Below, one piece after another: positions 48,143-57,424 of a DNA stretch of 64,000 nucleotides; the stretch's first letter is position 1, and each line of letters starts with the position of its first letter. The notes under the pieces are model-generated. The model was given only the letters and a program-made list of their open reading frames with translations. It was not told where the DNA came from and did no database searches. The stretch spans positions 62,001 to 126,000 of the IMG/VR virus record IMGVR_UViG_3300002835_000007. One strand, 5' to 3'. The position numbers and the translations under genes were made by a program.

Positions 48143-48512
48143 AATAACAGAAGAAAACGCAAGTGGTAATTGTCCAGAGTGTGGACATTCATGGGACAAA
48201 GGTGATGCAATGGATGCATTAAAAAGTAATTACCCTACGTTAAATGAAGAGGATTTATTGAATCAAGCTAAAAGGTTATATAATTGGACACCAGAGAACC
48301 CTAGAAGGTTCAGTCATTTAATTTATATTGAACCATCAGACGGTGATTATGATTTTACTGGACAGAACGGTTATTATCAATGTCCTAATTGCAATATTGC
48401 ATGGGATGATATTGATGGGTCTAGGACTGAAAAGTATAAGGTTATATTGGATGACCATGGAGCCATGAAAAAGTTATTGAACGAACTTATGGAGAAGAAC
48501 AAAAATAAATAA
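48126..48512 (+). CDS. zinc-ribbon protein
   Basis: CPEC...CPNC. Confidence 0.7.
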   Translation: MVEKYKITEENASGNCPECGHSWDKGDAMDALKSNYPTLNEEDLLNQAKRLYNWTPENPRRFSHLIYIEPSDGDYDFTGQNGYYQCPNCNIAWDDIDGSRTEKYKVILDDHGAMKKLLNELMEKNKNK

Positions 48513-48574
48513 TCTTTAAATAAATTTGACAATTTGTTAACATCATATTACCTATGAATTATCTATTTATAGGT

Positions 48575-49279
48575 ATGGAAATAATGTTATCAATTGTTAT
48601 ACCTTGTAAAAACGAAGAAAGATACATAGGTAAGTTATTAGATTGTTTAGTTGAACAGAATTTACCACAAAATGTGGAGGTAATCATAGCTGACGCTGAA
48701 TCGACTGACAATACAATCAAAATTATAAATTCTTATTTTGATTTATTACCCAATTTAAAAATAATAAAAGGTGGTTTGCCATCTGTTGGAAGGAATCTTG
48801 GTGCTTTAGAGGCTGAAGGTGAAATTTTATTGTTTTTAGATTCGGACACTTATTTTAAAAACACAACATTAATTTTAGATTCTTTAAAAGTTTTCAAAAA
48901 AAAGAGAGCTGATTTATTGGGTTGTTTATTAAATATTGAAAACAATTTAAAGATAAAGATTGTTTATAGTTTTTGTAATATAATTTTCTATTTATCAAAA
49001 TTAGATAAACCATTTGTTGTTGGGTCTTACATGATGATAAATAAAGATATGTTTTTCAAGATTGGTGGTTTTGATGAATCACTTATGCATTGTGAAGATT
49101 ATTTTCTAAGCAAAGAAATAAACCCAGAAAGATATGTTATTTTAAATGAATACACATATACTGATGATAGACGTTTTAAAAAATTGGGAGTGATAAATAT
49201 GATAAAATATTTCATAAACAATACAATAAAGAAGAATAACAAAGAGTATTTTAAAAAAGACGTTGGTTATTGGTTATGA
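48575..49279 (+). CDS. glycosyltransferase family 2
   Basis: SIVIPCKNEE, DAESTDNT, GRNLGA, LFLDSD, GGFDE, ED. Confidence 0.9.
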   Translation: MEIMLSIVIPCKNEERYIGKLLDCLVEQNLPQNVEVIIADAESTDNTIKIINSYFDLLPNLKIIKGGLPSVGRNLGALEAEGEILLFLDSDTYFKNTTLILDSLKVFKKKRADLLGCLLNIENNLKIKIVYSFCNIIFYLSKLDKPFVVGSYMMINKDMFFKIGGFDESLMHCEDYFLSKEINPERYVILNEYTYTDDRRFKKLGVINMIKYFINNTIKKNNKEYFKKDVGYWL

Positions 49280-49995
49280 ATTATAGAACGGTTATAATTT
49301 CGGATTTACATTTAGGTTCAACTTATTCTAGGACAGAGGACATATCTAGATTTTTGGAGGAGATTAAATGTGAGACATTGATATTGAATGGTGACATTAT
49401 TGATGGATGGGCTTTAAAAAGAGGTAACTCTTGGTCGCAAGAACACATGAGATGTGTTAGAAAGATAATGAAAAAGGCTTATAAGACTAAAGTTTTATGG
49501 ATTAGAGGGAATCATGATGATTTTTTACATGATTTTATACCAATGAGTTTAGGTAATATAAAGATTATTGAGAATTATGAACTATATGCTTTGAATGGAA
49601 AGAAGTATTTAGTGCTGCATGGTGATATCTTTGATGTTTTTGTTAACGAAATGAAATGGTTGGCCAAGATTGGTTCTATTGGTTATGATTTAACACTTTG
49701 GTTAAACAAGTGGTATAACAAATACCGAGCATTTAGGGGTAAGGAATATTTTTCATTGTCAAAAAGAATAAAAAGTTCTGTAAAGAGTGCAACTAATTTC
49801 ATTGGTGATTTTGAAAACCATATGGTATCGCATTCAAAGTCGTTGAATTTTGATGGTGTTATTTGTGGACACATACATAAAGCTGAAATCAGAGTTATTG
49901 ATGGTATTGAATATATGAATTCTGGTGATTGGGTTGAATCTAATACAGCGTTGGTTGAAGACCATTCTGGTAATTGGTCGCTAATTCATTATTAA
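49276..49995 (+). CDS. UDP-2,3-diacylglucosamine diphosphatase-like metallophosphoesterase (LpxH family)
   Basis: ISDLHLG, GDIIDGW, GNHD, HGD.FD, GHIH, Y.NSGDWVE. Confidence 0.85.
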   Translation: MNYRTVIISDLHLGSTYSRTEDISRFLEEIKCETLILNGDIIDGWALKRGNSWSQEHMRCVRKIMKKAYKTKVLWIRGNHDDFLHDFIPMSLGNIKIIENYELYALNGKKYLVLHGDIFDVFVNEMKWLAKIGSIGYDLTLWLNKWYNKYRAFRGKEYFSLSKRIKSSVKSATNFIGDFENHMVSHSKSLNFDGVICGHIHKAEIRVIDGIEYMNSGDWVESNTALVEDHSGNWSLIHY

Positions 49996-50621
49996 CTTTT
50001 AGGTGGTCTTTTACTGGTACTTGATTTTGGTTTAAGTGCCGCAGCGATTTTAGCTTTTGGGTGTATTTTCTTTTTATCTGTTGGTAATTTCTTTTTCTTA
50101 GGACGTTTTTTATATTTTTTAACTTCAAATATACGTTCTTTGAATGGTTTTAATTTTATGTTGTAAGGTTCTCTTTCTAGCAGACTGATATCTAATGTCC
50201 ATTCATGTTTAGAACGCTCTTTATGGGTCTCAAATGACTCTAAAATATGCTTCTGTATTTGTTCCATTGACCATTTGTTTACGTTAGCTAATTGACTATA
50301 GCATACTTTTTCAGACCCCATGGCCATAGCTCTACCTATATGTTTGGTCAAATGGCAGTTTGGACACAGTGATATAAGACCTACTAGTTTTTGAATATGG
50401 TTTTCATCATCGTATTCCCATATTTCGTGACATTCAACGTTATGTCTTTTACCTTGATTTTTACCAGTGTCGCCACAGATTTCACATTTGTTACCAGCGG
50501 CAGTGTAGGATATTTTTCTAATTTTATCCCATTCTTCTGTTTTAACAGTTGTTCTTACATTTGAGTAATGACATGTTGTTGGGATAAGTTCTACCAATAA
50601 TTGTTTTTTAGTTTTTGCCAT
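49992..50621 (-). CDS. HNH endonuclease-like protein
   Basis: WDKIR, CEICG, ECHE.W.YD, LCPNCH..KH; basic tail. Confidence 0.75.
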   Translation of the reverse strand: MAKTKKQLLVELIPTTCHYSNVRTTVKTEEWDKIRKISYTAAGNKCEICGDTGKNQGKRHNVECHEIWEYDDENHIQKLVGLISLCPNCHLTKHIGRAMAMGSEKVCYSQLANVNKWSMEQIQKHILESFETHKERSKHEWTLDISLLEREPYNIKLKPFKERIFEVKKYKKRPKKKKLPTDKKKIHPKAKIAAALKPKSSTSKRPPKS

Positions 50622-50701
50622 GATAAAAAATAATATTTTTTATTAAAATGTAAATAATTTGTTTTATTTAAAAAATATTTATAAATTTGTAAAAAAAAGT
50701 T

Positions 50702-51286
50702 ATGAAAAAAATATTTTATTTATTTTTAGTTTTATTTTTATTTTCTTGTGAGAAAGAAAGTAAATTTGCAAGTGATACTTATAATTATAATTTTACATCA
50801 AAAGAAGACACCAAAAAAATTTCTAGATGGGGAAAATTTTTAGTTATTGGTGGCACGATGTTTATTAATAATCATGAAACTGGTGAGATGGTTAAGTATA
50901 GTCATTTTGACAGTTTAAAAACTGTTTCAAGTCTAAGGTGGGGTGGGGCATACTTTGATATTGAAAATATTGAAAAGGATGTGACAACTTATTCATTTTA
51001 TAAACCGTTTAATTACCCAGGTAATGGTCGTTTAATTATTAATGATGATTCCACAAAACATTATATGGTTAATTATATTGGAATGAATACAACAATAATT
51101 GAAGACCCAATAGAAGGTATGCAGCAACAATTGATGGGTGGTAGTTCAAGACCTTTTACTTTGTATGTTATAGATTATGAAAATAAGATTTTAGGTATGA
51201 GAATTAACCAAATAGAATGTAGTATTAATGGTTATAATTGCAATACTTGGAATGAAATAAGATTACAAAAAATTGAAGAATGGTAA
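50702..51286 (+). CDS. putative lipoprotein
   Basis: lipobox LFSC followed by EKE. Confidence 0.7.
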   Translation: MKKIFYLFLVLFLFSCEKESKFASDTYNYNFTSKEDTKKISRWGKFLVIGGTMFINNHETGEMVKYSHFDSLKTVSSLRWGGAYFDIENIEKDVTTYSFYKPFNYPGNGRLIINDDSTKHYMVNYIGMNTTIIEDPIEGMQQQLMGGSSRPFTLYVIDYENKILGMRINQIECSINGYNCNTWNEIRLQKIEEW

Positions 51287-51529
51287 CTACAAGTTTAGAT
51301 ATTGTTTTATTGATAGTTTAGCGATATCTTCACGGCAATAAAATACTAATTTAAGGACTGACAATAAGTCACCCCTTAATTTAATATGTGATTGTTCATC
51401 GCTTAAAAAATAGACACCACCGTTATCTAAAACAATTGCTCTTTTGAAACGAGTTTTATCTTTTATCCTCATGATAGGATAATTTCGTTTCAAAAAATTA
51501 ATAATTAGTTTATATTCGGTTTCGTCCAT
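51287..51529 (-). CDS. hypothetical protein
   Basis: 80 aa ORF. Confidence 0.6.
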   Translation of the reverse strand: MDETEYKLIINFLKRNYPIMRIKDKTRFKRAIVLDNGGVYFLSDEQSHIKLRGDLLSVLKLVFYCREDIAKLSIKQYLNL

Positions 51530-51636
51530 TTAAAAAATATTATGGTCACCAATATGGTTATCCCATTCATCAATAATAACAATTTCTAATGCTTCATTTT
51601 CCATACAAATAAATATGCAGCTTAATTAAAAACTAT

Positions 51637-51945
51637 ATGCAAAAATTTAATAATTATGTTTATTTAAGTATATGTGAAATAACTTATAAATTATATAAGT
51701 CATCTCATTTTATGACTTATGTTAATTATTGTAAAACCTTAAAGGTTTCAATAGAAACCAATTCTATCGATAATAAAGAAACAGCACAGATTATAAAGGT
51801 TTTCAATTATCTGAATAAAATATATGGTTTTTCAGATGTTGAGTCTTTAGATTATTTAAAAAAGTTTTTAAAATTAGACACTTTAATTGAGTTTCAGAAG
51901 TGTGTGGAGGCTGAAAAAAACGCTAGTGGTAATTTGTTTGATTAG
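51637..51945 (+). CDS. hypothetical protein
   Basis: start uncertain. Confidence 0.5.
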   Translation: MQKFNNYVYLSICEITYKLYKSSHFMTYVNYCKTLKVSIETNSIDNKETAQIIKVFNYLNKIYGFSDVESLDYLKKFLKLDTLIEFQKCVEAEKNASGNLFD

Positions 51946-52190
51946 TATGGTTTAATTTTGATTAAACCATTTTTATATTGTACTTTTTTGATTTGTAGGT
52001 ATTCTTTGATGATTGATAATACATAGTCAGTATTTAATGGAGGGCAAAATATTAATCTAGTTAAATCCATTAGTTTATTTATTGCTGTTTGTTCTGACCT
52101 TTTATGGCCGCAAACATAAATATAAATTGCTGGATGTGAATCTGGAAACTCTTTATTTAAAAATCTTAATATAATTGTTTTATCAGTCAT
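51942..52190 (-). CDS. hypothetical protein
   Basis: 82 aa ORF. Confidence 0.6.
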   Translation of the reverse strand: MTDKTIILRFLNKEFPDSHPAIYIYVCGHKRSEQTAINKLMDLTRLIFCPPLNTDYVLSIIKEYLQIKKVQYKNGLIKIKPY

Positions 52191-52250
52191 TGATTTTTTG
52201 ATTTATATTTAGTATATTTATAACTATAACAAAAATATAAATTTAAGTAA

Positions 52251-52574
52251 ATGGCAATAGACGTTACAAAAAACAATTTTGAAGATGTTTTAAAAGAAAA
52301 AAACATCACAGTATTAGACTTTTGGGCCCCATGGTGTGGTCCTTGCAAAATGCTGCTTCCAGTGATTGATTCATTATCTGAATCTAACAAAGACAATAGC
52401 GTTACTATCGGTAAGGTTAATGTTGATGAGAACATTGATATAGCACAAAAATATTCAATTAGAGGTGTTCCAACAGTTATCTTTATGGATAGCAAAGGTG
52501 AGGAACTAAATCGGGTTGTGGGGTATAAAGACGAAAAAAGTTTTCAAGAAATTATCAACCAATTATTAAACTAA
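52251..52574 (+). CDS. trxA: thioredoxin
   Basis: LDFWAPWCGPCK, KVNVDEN, IRGVPT. Confidence 0.95.
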   Translation: MAIDVTKNNFEDVLKEKNITVLDFWAPWCGPCKMLLPVIDSLSESNKDNSVTIGKVNVDENIDIAQKYSIRGVPTVIFMDSKGEELNRVVGYKDEKSFQEIINQLLN

Positions 52575-52625
52575 AAAAAAGGCCCCACAAGGGGCCTTTT
52601 TATTTTAATTAAGATATTTATAGAT

Positions 52626-52964
52626 ATGAAAAAGAAAATTATAATAACAGAATCTCAATTAAAAACTCTTAAACAAAATCTATTTGAAGCTAATGCTCAT
52701 AGCAACATGGTTAAGACGTTAAAAGAGTTTTTAGACAATTATTATGAACGAGTTGATGCATACGTTAGAGAGGGTGGAGAATACTTTAATGAAATCAAAA
52801 TAAAGAATAAGATTGATGAAGAGTTAATGTCAGTAAAGTCATTATATGAATACATGAATTATAAATTTGATGTTAATGAAGAATTTATAAAACAAGTTAT
52901 TAGAGACTGGGTTTCTGGAACAATTAATGATGATTATCAGTTGAGTAAAAACGTATCATTATAA
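52626..52964 (+). CDS. hypothetical protein, putative virion protein
   Basis: leader MKKKIIITESQL...LFE; late-type promoter. Confidence 0.65.
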   Translation: MKKKIIITESQLKTLKQNLFEANAHSNMVKTLKEFLDNYYERVDAYVREGGEYFNEIKIKNKIDEELMSVKSLYEYMNYKFDVNEEFIKQVIRDWVSGTINDDYQLSKNVSL

Positions 52965-52968
52965 TGAG

Positions 52969-53283
52969 ATGAAACTTAAATCTAAAATAAAAAAGATACT
53001 TAGAGATAACTATGGTAATTTCATTACTAGATTAGAAACTGAGTATGAATATAAGTTGACTGAACAACTAATCAATGACAATAAAAAGATTGAATGGTTG
53101 ACTTATAATCAAGTTATTTTAGAGATTAAAAATTCATTAAATGATATGGTTAAGGTAAAAGAATTACAATATAAACTAACTGATAATTTAGACCCTAACG
53201 CTGCTTGTATTGAAGTCATAGAGTCTTTAAATTTCTTAAATCCAGAGTTAGAAAGGTTATACTATAAAATTAAAAATTTTTAA
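52969..53283 (+). CDS. hypothetical protein
   Basis: weak similarity to 53363-53707 (EIK...KE..Y...D..D.N....E.I). Confidence 0.65.
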   Translation: MKLKSKIKKILRDNYGNFITRLETEYEYKLTEQLINDNKKIEWLTYNQVILEIKNSLNDMVKVKELQYKLTDNLDPNAACIEVIESLNFLNPELERLYYKIKNF

Positions 53284-53362
53284 TTTAATAATATAAATTT
53301 TAAGGTTAATCCGAATGATTTTGATATTTATTAGTAAATAACTTTTATTAATAAATTTAACG

Positions 53363-53707
53363 ATGACAACAAAAAAAAGTCTATTAAACCAGTCAAATAA
53401 AAACAATCGTACATTTTTAGATAAAGCTTATAACACTTACATTAGTAACATTTTAGATACAATTGATGAGGAGAAGGCTGGGAGATGGGAGATATATGAA
53501 TTAATTATCGATGAGATTAAAAAAGACACAAAAAGAGATTACATAAAAGAAGTAAAATATCGTTTTAGTGATGGTGAAGACCATAACAAAGTTATATTAG
53601 AAATCATAGATAGGGAGAACGAAATAGTCAACGATTTAGTTTGGTTTTTAAAGAAAAGAATTGAGGAATTTATCGATGAAGATTATTTTAATCAATTTTT
53701 AAAATAA
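53363..53707 (+). CDS. hypothetical protein
   Basis: 114 aa ORF. Confidence 0.65.
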   Translation: MTTKKSLLNQSNKNNRTFLDKAYNTYISNILDTIDEEKAGRWEIYELIIDEIKKDTKRDYIKEVKYRFSDGEDHNKVILEIIDRENEIVNDLVWFLKKRIEEFIDEDYFNQFLK

Positions 53708-53756
53708 GATTGATTAAATCATTTTATTTTAGTATATTTGAATAAAATAATTTTAT

Positions 53757-55175
53757 ATGGAACAAATAAACGTTAAAGATAGATTAACTTTTTTAGCTGA
53801 ATTGTTTGATGTTTTCGAATGTGACTCTAAAGATAATCAAACAAATATAACCAATAAATTAGAACAATTGGTTGGACAAGGTTACACACCACAACTTATT
53901 AAATCAAGTTTTGGTGAAGTGATAGGTATTTTATCTGAAAAGATTAATGAAAAAGAACGTAAATTAAAAATAGTTAGCGTTTGTTCTTCAGTATTTTCTG
54001 ATATGATTGGTGCCGACCCAACAGATAATAAAATTTATTTGCAATGGATGTTAAATTTATTTACTAGATTAATCAAGGATGACAACAAAAACTCTATTGA
54101 TATTGCTGTCAGATTGGTTATGGAAGATTTACCACAAGCAAATAAGTATTTAACTATTTTTGAGGACAATAAGAGGAAACGAAAATTTAAAGAATTATGC
54201 AACGGTAGTTACATTTTAAAAGATGTTAAAGACCCAACGGACATTAATCAGTATAAATCGTTATCCCAATTGTTTGACGCTGTTGACCCATTTATTGAAA
54301 AGACTCCAAGTGCGTTAGAAAGAACACTTTTAAAATTTGTAGAGATAGGTCAAGCGGAGATACCAGTTAGAGATAGAAAGTTTACTCTCTTTATACCTAA
54401 ATCAACAGAAGCCAATGTAGCTTTTGATAATTTTGCTAACTGGTGTACTGCTAGGAAAGGTAATGGTATGTTTAAAAATTATACAGAGAATTATAAAAAA
54501 CCTAACGGTGATAAGTCTAATATTTATATTATAGTACCAAACGAATTCTTTGAAGGTAAGACTAGTGAGGTGTTTCAGATTCACTTTGAAACTAATCAGT
54601 TAAAGGATAGACATAATGGTCAGAATGTAAGTATTTTTGAGAAAGTATTAATGGAGAGTGAAGGTATTACTAATTTTTTCTATGAAGAATTAATAGGGAT
54701 GGCCAAGGCACATAAAAAAGGTATTGAAAACAATGTTTATTTAGATTATTTAATTAAGTTTGGTTTTGCAGAAAGTCTTTTTGAATTGATTGAAGACACT
54801 ACACCGACAATAAGATTTATGACAAGAGAAATACCTAGGTTGCCAGATATTAGTAAGTTTAAAATTTTAGACCAATTAATTATCTGCAATGCTAAAATGG
54901 TTGAGCTGCACCCATCTATTGGTAAATTGGATAAGTTAGAAATGCTTGTATTGACTGAAAACAATATTAAGTCATTACCAAAAGAGATTGGTAATTTGAA
55001 AAAGTTACAATTTTTAAACATAATTGGGAATCCTATTACGGAGATTCCAGAAGAAATAAAATATTTAGACAAATCTAACGGTGGGTCTTTATATAGAATA
55101 GGTGTAAAAGAAGAAGACATAGGTTCTGAAAACTTTAAAAAATTAAAGGAGTTGTTACCAACAGCTTTAATTTAA
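53757..55175 (+). CDS. leucine-rich-repeat protein
   Basis: C-terminal LPDISKFKILDQL / LHPSIGKLDKLEML.L..N.I.SLP.EIGNL..L..L...GN.I; central WCT motif. Confidence 0.8.
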   Translation: MEQINVKDRLTFLAELFDVFECDSKDNQTNITNKLEQLVGQGYTPQLIKSSFGEVIGILSEKINEKERKLKIVSVCSSVFSDMIGADPTDNKIYLQWMLNLFTRLIKDDNKNSIDIAVRLVMEDLPQANKYLTIFEDNKRKRKFKELCNGSYILKDVKDPTDINQYKSLSQLFDAVDPFIEKTPSALERTLLKFVEIGQAEIPVRDRKFTLFIPKSTEANVAFDNFANWCTARKGNGMFKNYTENYKKPNGDKSNIYIIVPNEFFEGKTSEVFQIHFETNQLKDRHNGQNVSIFEKVLMESEGITNFFYEELIGMAKAHKKGIENNVYLDYLIKFGFAESLFELIEDTTPTIRFMTREIPRLPDISKFKILDQLIICNAKMVELHPSIGKLDKLEMLVLTENNIKSLPKEIGNLKKLQFLNIIGNPITEIPEEIKYLDKSNGGSLYRIGVKEEDIGSENFKKLKELLPTALI

Positions 55176-55223
55176 AGATAAGGGGACCTAATAGGCCCCT
55201 TTTTTATTTTAATATAATACGTT

Positions 55224-55730
55224 ATGGAATGGAAAAGAAACGACAAATTAATCGATGAACCAATAATTGAATATTTGGAAAAAGTTATCGAAGAAGAATT
55301 AACTAAAGGTTATTCAATGAGAGTATCAATTGGTACTGACTCACAAAAAGCTGAAAAAGGAACTTATAAGTTCGCTACTGTTATCCTTATTAAAACAAGT
55401 GAGGATTTAGGTGGTGTTGTTGTTGGACGTGGTGGTTTAATCATTTCGTCAACATATTATCATGCCTTTAAACAGACTAATAAAGAGTTGGTTAATGAGA
55501 GAATGGTATATGAAGTTGGTAAGTCGGTTGAAGTCGCTTATGGATTAGCACCGTTGTTAGATTTATATGATATTCCATTAGAAATACACGCTGACATTAA
55601 TCCAGACCCAACACATGAGTCTAACAAAGCTTTACAACAAGCTGTTGGTTATATTTTAGGTATGGGTTATGAGTTCAAGGTTAAACCAGATGCATGGGCT
55701 GCTTCTTCTGCTGCCGATAAAAAATGTTAA
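55224..55730 (+). CDS. RNase H-like YkuK (DUF458) family protein
   Basis: IGTDSQ, FAT, EV.KS, EIHADIN, KPDA.AAS.AAD. Confidence 0.85.
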   Translation: MEWKRNDKLIDEPIIEYLEKVIEEELTKGYSMRVSIGTDSQKAEKGTYKFATVILIKTSEDLGGVVVGRGGLIISSTYYHAFKQTNKELVNERMVYEVGKSVEVAYGLAPLLDLYDIPLEIHADINPDPTHESNKALQQAVGYILGMGYEFKVKPDAWAASSAADKKC

Positions 55731-55784
55731 TTAAATCTTTATATTTTGAAACATTATTTATATATTTATACTAAAATGGTTATT

Positions 55785-55940
55785 ATGAAAAAATATGGGT
55801 TAACGAATAAATCTGGAGATGTTATAAATACAATTTCAGCTAATAATTTTGAAGAAGCTATAGAATTCTTTTGTTTTAGAAAAAAATTTGATAGGAACAC
55901 ATTATTGCATTTATTTGATGTGGTTGAAATTGAAAATTAA
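55785..55940 (+). CDS. hypothetical protein
   Basis: start moved to MKKYG. Confidence 0.55.
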   Translation: MKKYGLTNKSGDVINTISANNFEEAIEFFCFRKKFDRNTLLHLFDVVEIEN

Positions 55941-56016
55941 TTTTTAATAAATTGTGTTTTTTAAAAAATAACACATATTTATAAATAAAAATAAGATTTA
56001 ATTAAAACTTAGAAAA

Positions 56017-56223
56017 ATGTCAAACGGTAAAAAAGTTGTTGCTATTAAAGAATCTAAATTAATAGATTTGATAGATAATATTGTTAATGAAGCTGTTGCT
56101 ATCCAAAAACAAGAATGGATTCAAGAAAACGCTAAAGCTAACGAGAATAAAAATGCTATCTTAGAAGGTAAAATTGCTAAGTTAGAAGCTAAATTCAAAG
56201 CTTTAACTGAAAGTAAAAAATAA
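56017..56223 (+). CDS. small coiled-coil protein, putative virion protein
   Basis: KKVVAIKESKLIDLIDNIVNE leader; late-type promoter. Confidence 0.65.
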   Translation: MSNGKKVVAIKESKLIDLIDNIVNEAVAIQKQEWIQENAKANENKNAILEGKIAKLEAKFKALTESKK

Positions 56224-56314
56224 TATCTATCGTTTAGTAAAGAAATTAAAATTAGGTTGGGAAATAATTCTCAACCTTTTTTTGTTTTGAGTTCATATTT
56301 ATTTTAAAAGTTTT

Positions 56315-57004
56315 ATGAATTCAATTATTGAAAAGTTACAAAGAGAAGAAAAACCATTAACATCAGTCGTAGAAAAAGATGAGTTTATTGTTGCAAGCGA
56401 AACAGCATTTGATTGTTTGTTTGATGGAACTTCAACATTTTACCCATGGAAATTACCTTCTACCCTACCCAAACAATTTAAGATAGGTGTTATTGTAGGT
56501 TCTAGTGGTTCTGGTAAATCAACTTTGTTAAAACATTTTGGTTTGGAAGAACAACCAACATGGGATGACAATAAATCAATCATATCACATTTTGAAAATC
56601 CAGAGGACGGAATCAATAGATTAAGTTCAGTTGGATTCAATTCTATACCATCATGGTATAAACCATATAGTGTATTATCCAACGGAGAGAAATTTAGGGC
56701 TGATTTAGCTCGTAAGATAACATCAAATGCTGTCATAGATGAATACACCTCGGTAGTTGATAGAAATGTTGCTAGAGCGGCTTCTGTGGCTTTATCTAGA
56801 TACGTTAAAAATAATGACGTAACAAATATTGTAATATCCACATGTCATATGGATGTGGTCGAATGGCTGGAGCCAGATTGGGTTATTAATACGGACACGG
56901 GTGAACTGATGGACGGTTTTTTTTTGTCCGCCCAGAAATCAATGTCAAAGTATATCGCACAACAAATGATGGTTGGGGAATGTTTAAAGACCATCACTAT
57001 TTAG
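56315..57004 (+). CDS. ABC-type ATPase (N-terminal part of ATPase-GNAT fusion)
   Basis: Walker A GSSGSGKST, signature LSNGE, Walker B VIDEYTS, switch H. Confidence 0.85.
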   Translation: MNSIIEKLQREEKPLTSVVEKDEFIVASETAFDCLFDGTSTFYPWKLPSTLPKQFKIGVIVGSSGSGKSTLLKHFGLEEQPTWDDNKSIISHFENPEDGINRLSSVGFNSIPSWYKPYSVLSNGEKFRADLARKITSNAVIDEYTSVVDRNVARAASVALSRYVKNNDVTNIVISTCHMDVVEWLEPDWVINTDTGELMDGFFLSAQKSMSKYIAQQMMVGECLKTITI

Positions 57005-57408
57005 ATTCAAGTATAAATAAAGCGTCTAGATGTTATGTTGCAGTATGGGAAGATACGGTTATTGGTTTTTTATCATCAATAACTATGCCTAGTGGTACAT
57101 TAAAAAACGCATGGAGGGGTCATAGAGTCGTTGTGCTGCCAGATTTTCAAGGAATGGGTATAGGTGTTAGATTTATTGAAGCAGTCGCTCAAATACACTT
57201 AGATGAAAGTCATAGATTTTTTTCTAGAAGTTCACACCCTAAGATGTATGATTATATGATTAAATCGAATAAATGGAAACCAACATCTAAGAATAAGAAA
57301 TTAAGGACTGACGTAACGCATGATAAGTTATTCAACAATCATTACGTTGATAATAAAAGAATATGTGGCAGTTTTGAATATATTGGTGAAATAAAAAAGG
57401 AGGTTTAA
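56917..57408 (+). CDS. GNAT-like acetyltransferase, reached by a -1 shift at the T9 run (first ATG 56980)
   Basis: -1 frame reads FFVRPEINVKVYR...W.MFKDHHYL; R.VVLPDFQGMGIG acetyl-CoA motif. Confidence 0.75.
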   Translation, partial: FFFVRPEINVKVYRTTNDGWGMFKDHHYLDSSINKASRCYVAVWEDTVIGFLSSITMPSGTLKNAWRGHRVVVLPDFQGMGIGVRFIEAVAQIHLDESHRFFSRSSHPKMYDYMIKSNKWKPTSKNKKLRTDVTHDKLFNNHYVDNKRICGSFEYIGEIKKEV

Positions 57409-57419
57409 AACCTCCTTTT
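57394..57419. terminator. bidirectional terminator
   Basis: AAAAGGAGGTT-taa-AACCTCCTTTT between convergent genes. Confidence 0.8.
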
Positions 57420-57424
57420 CTTAT

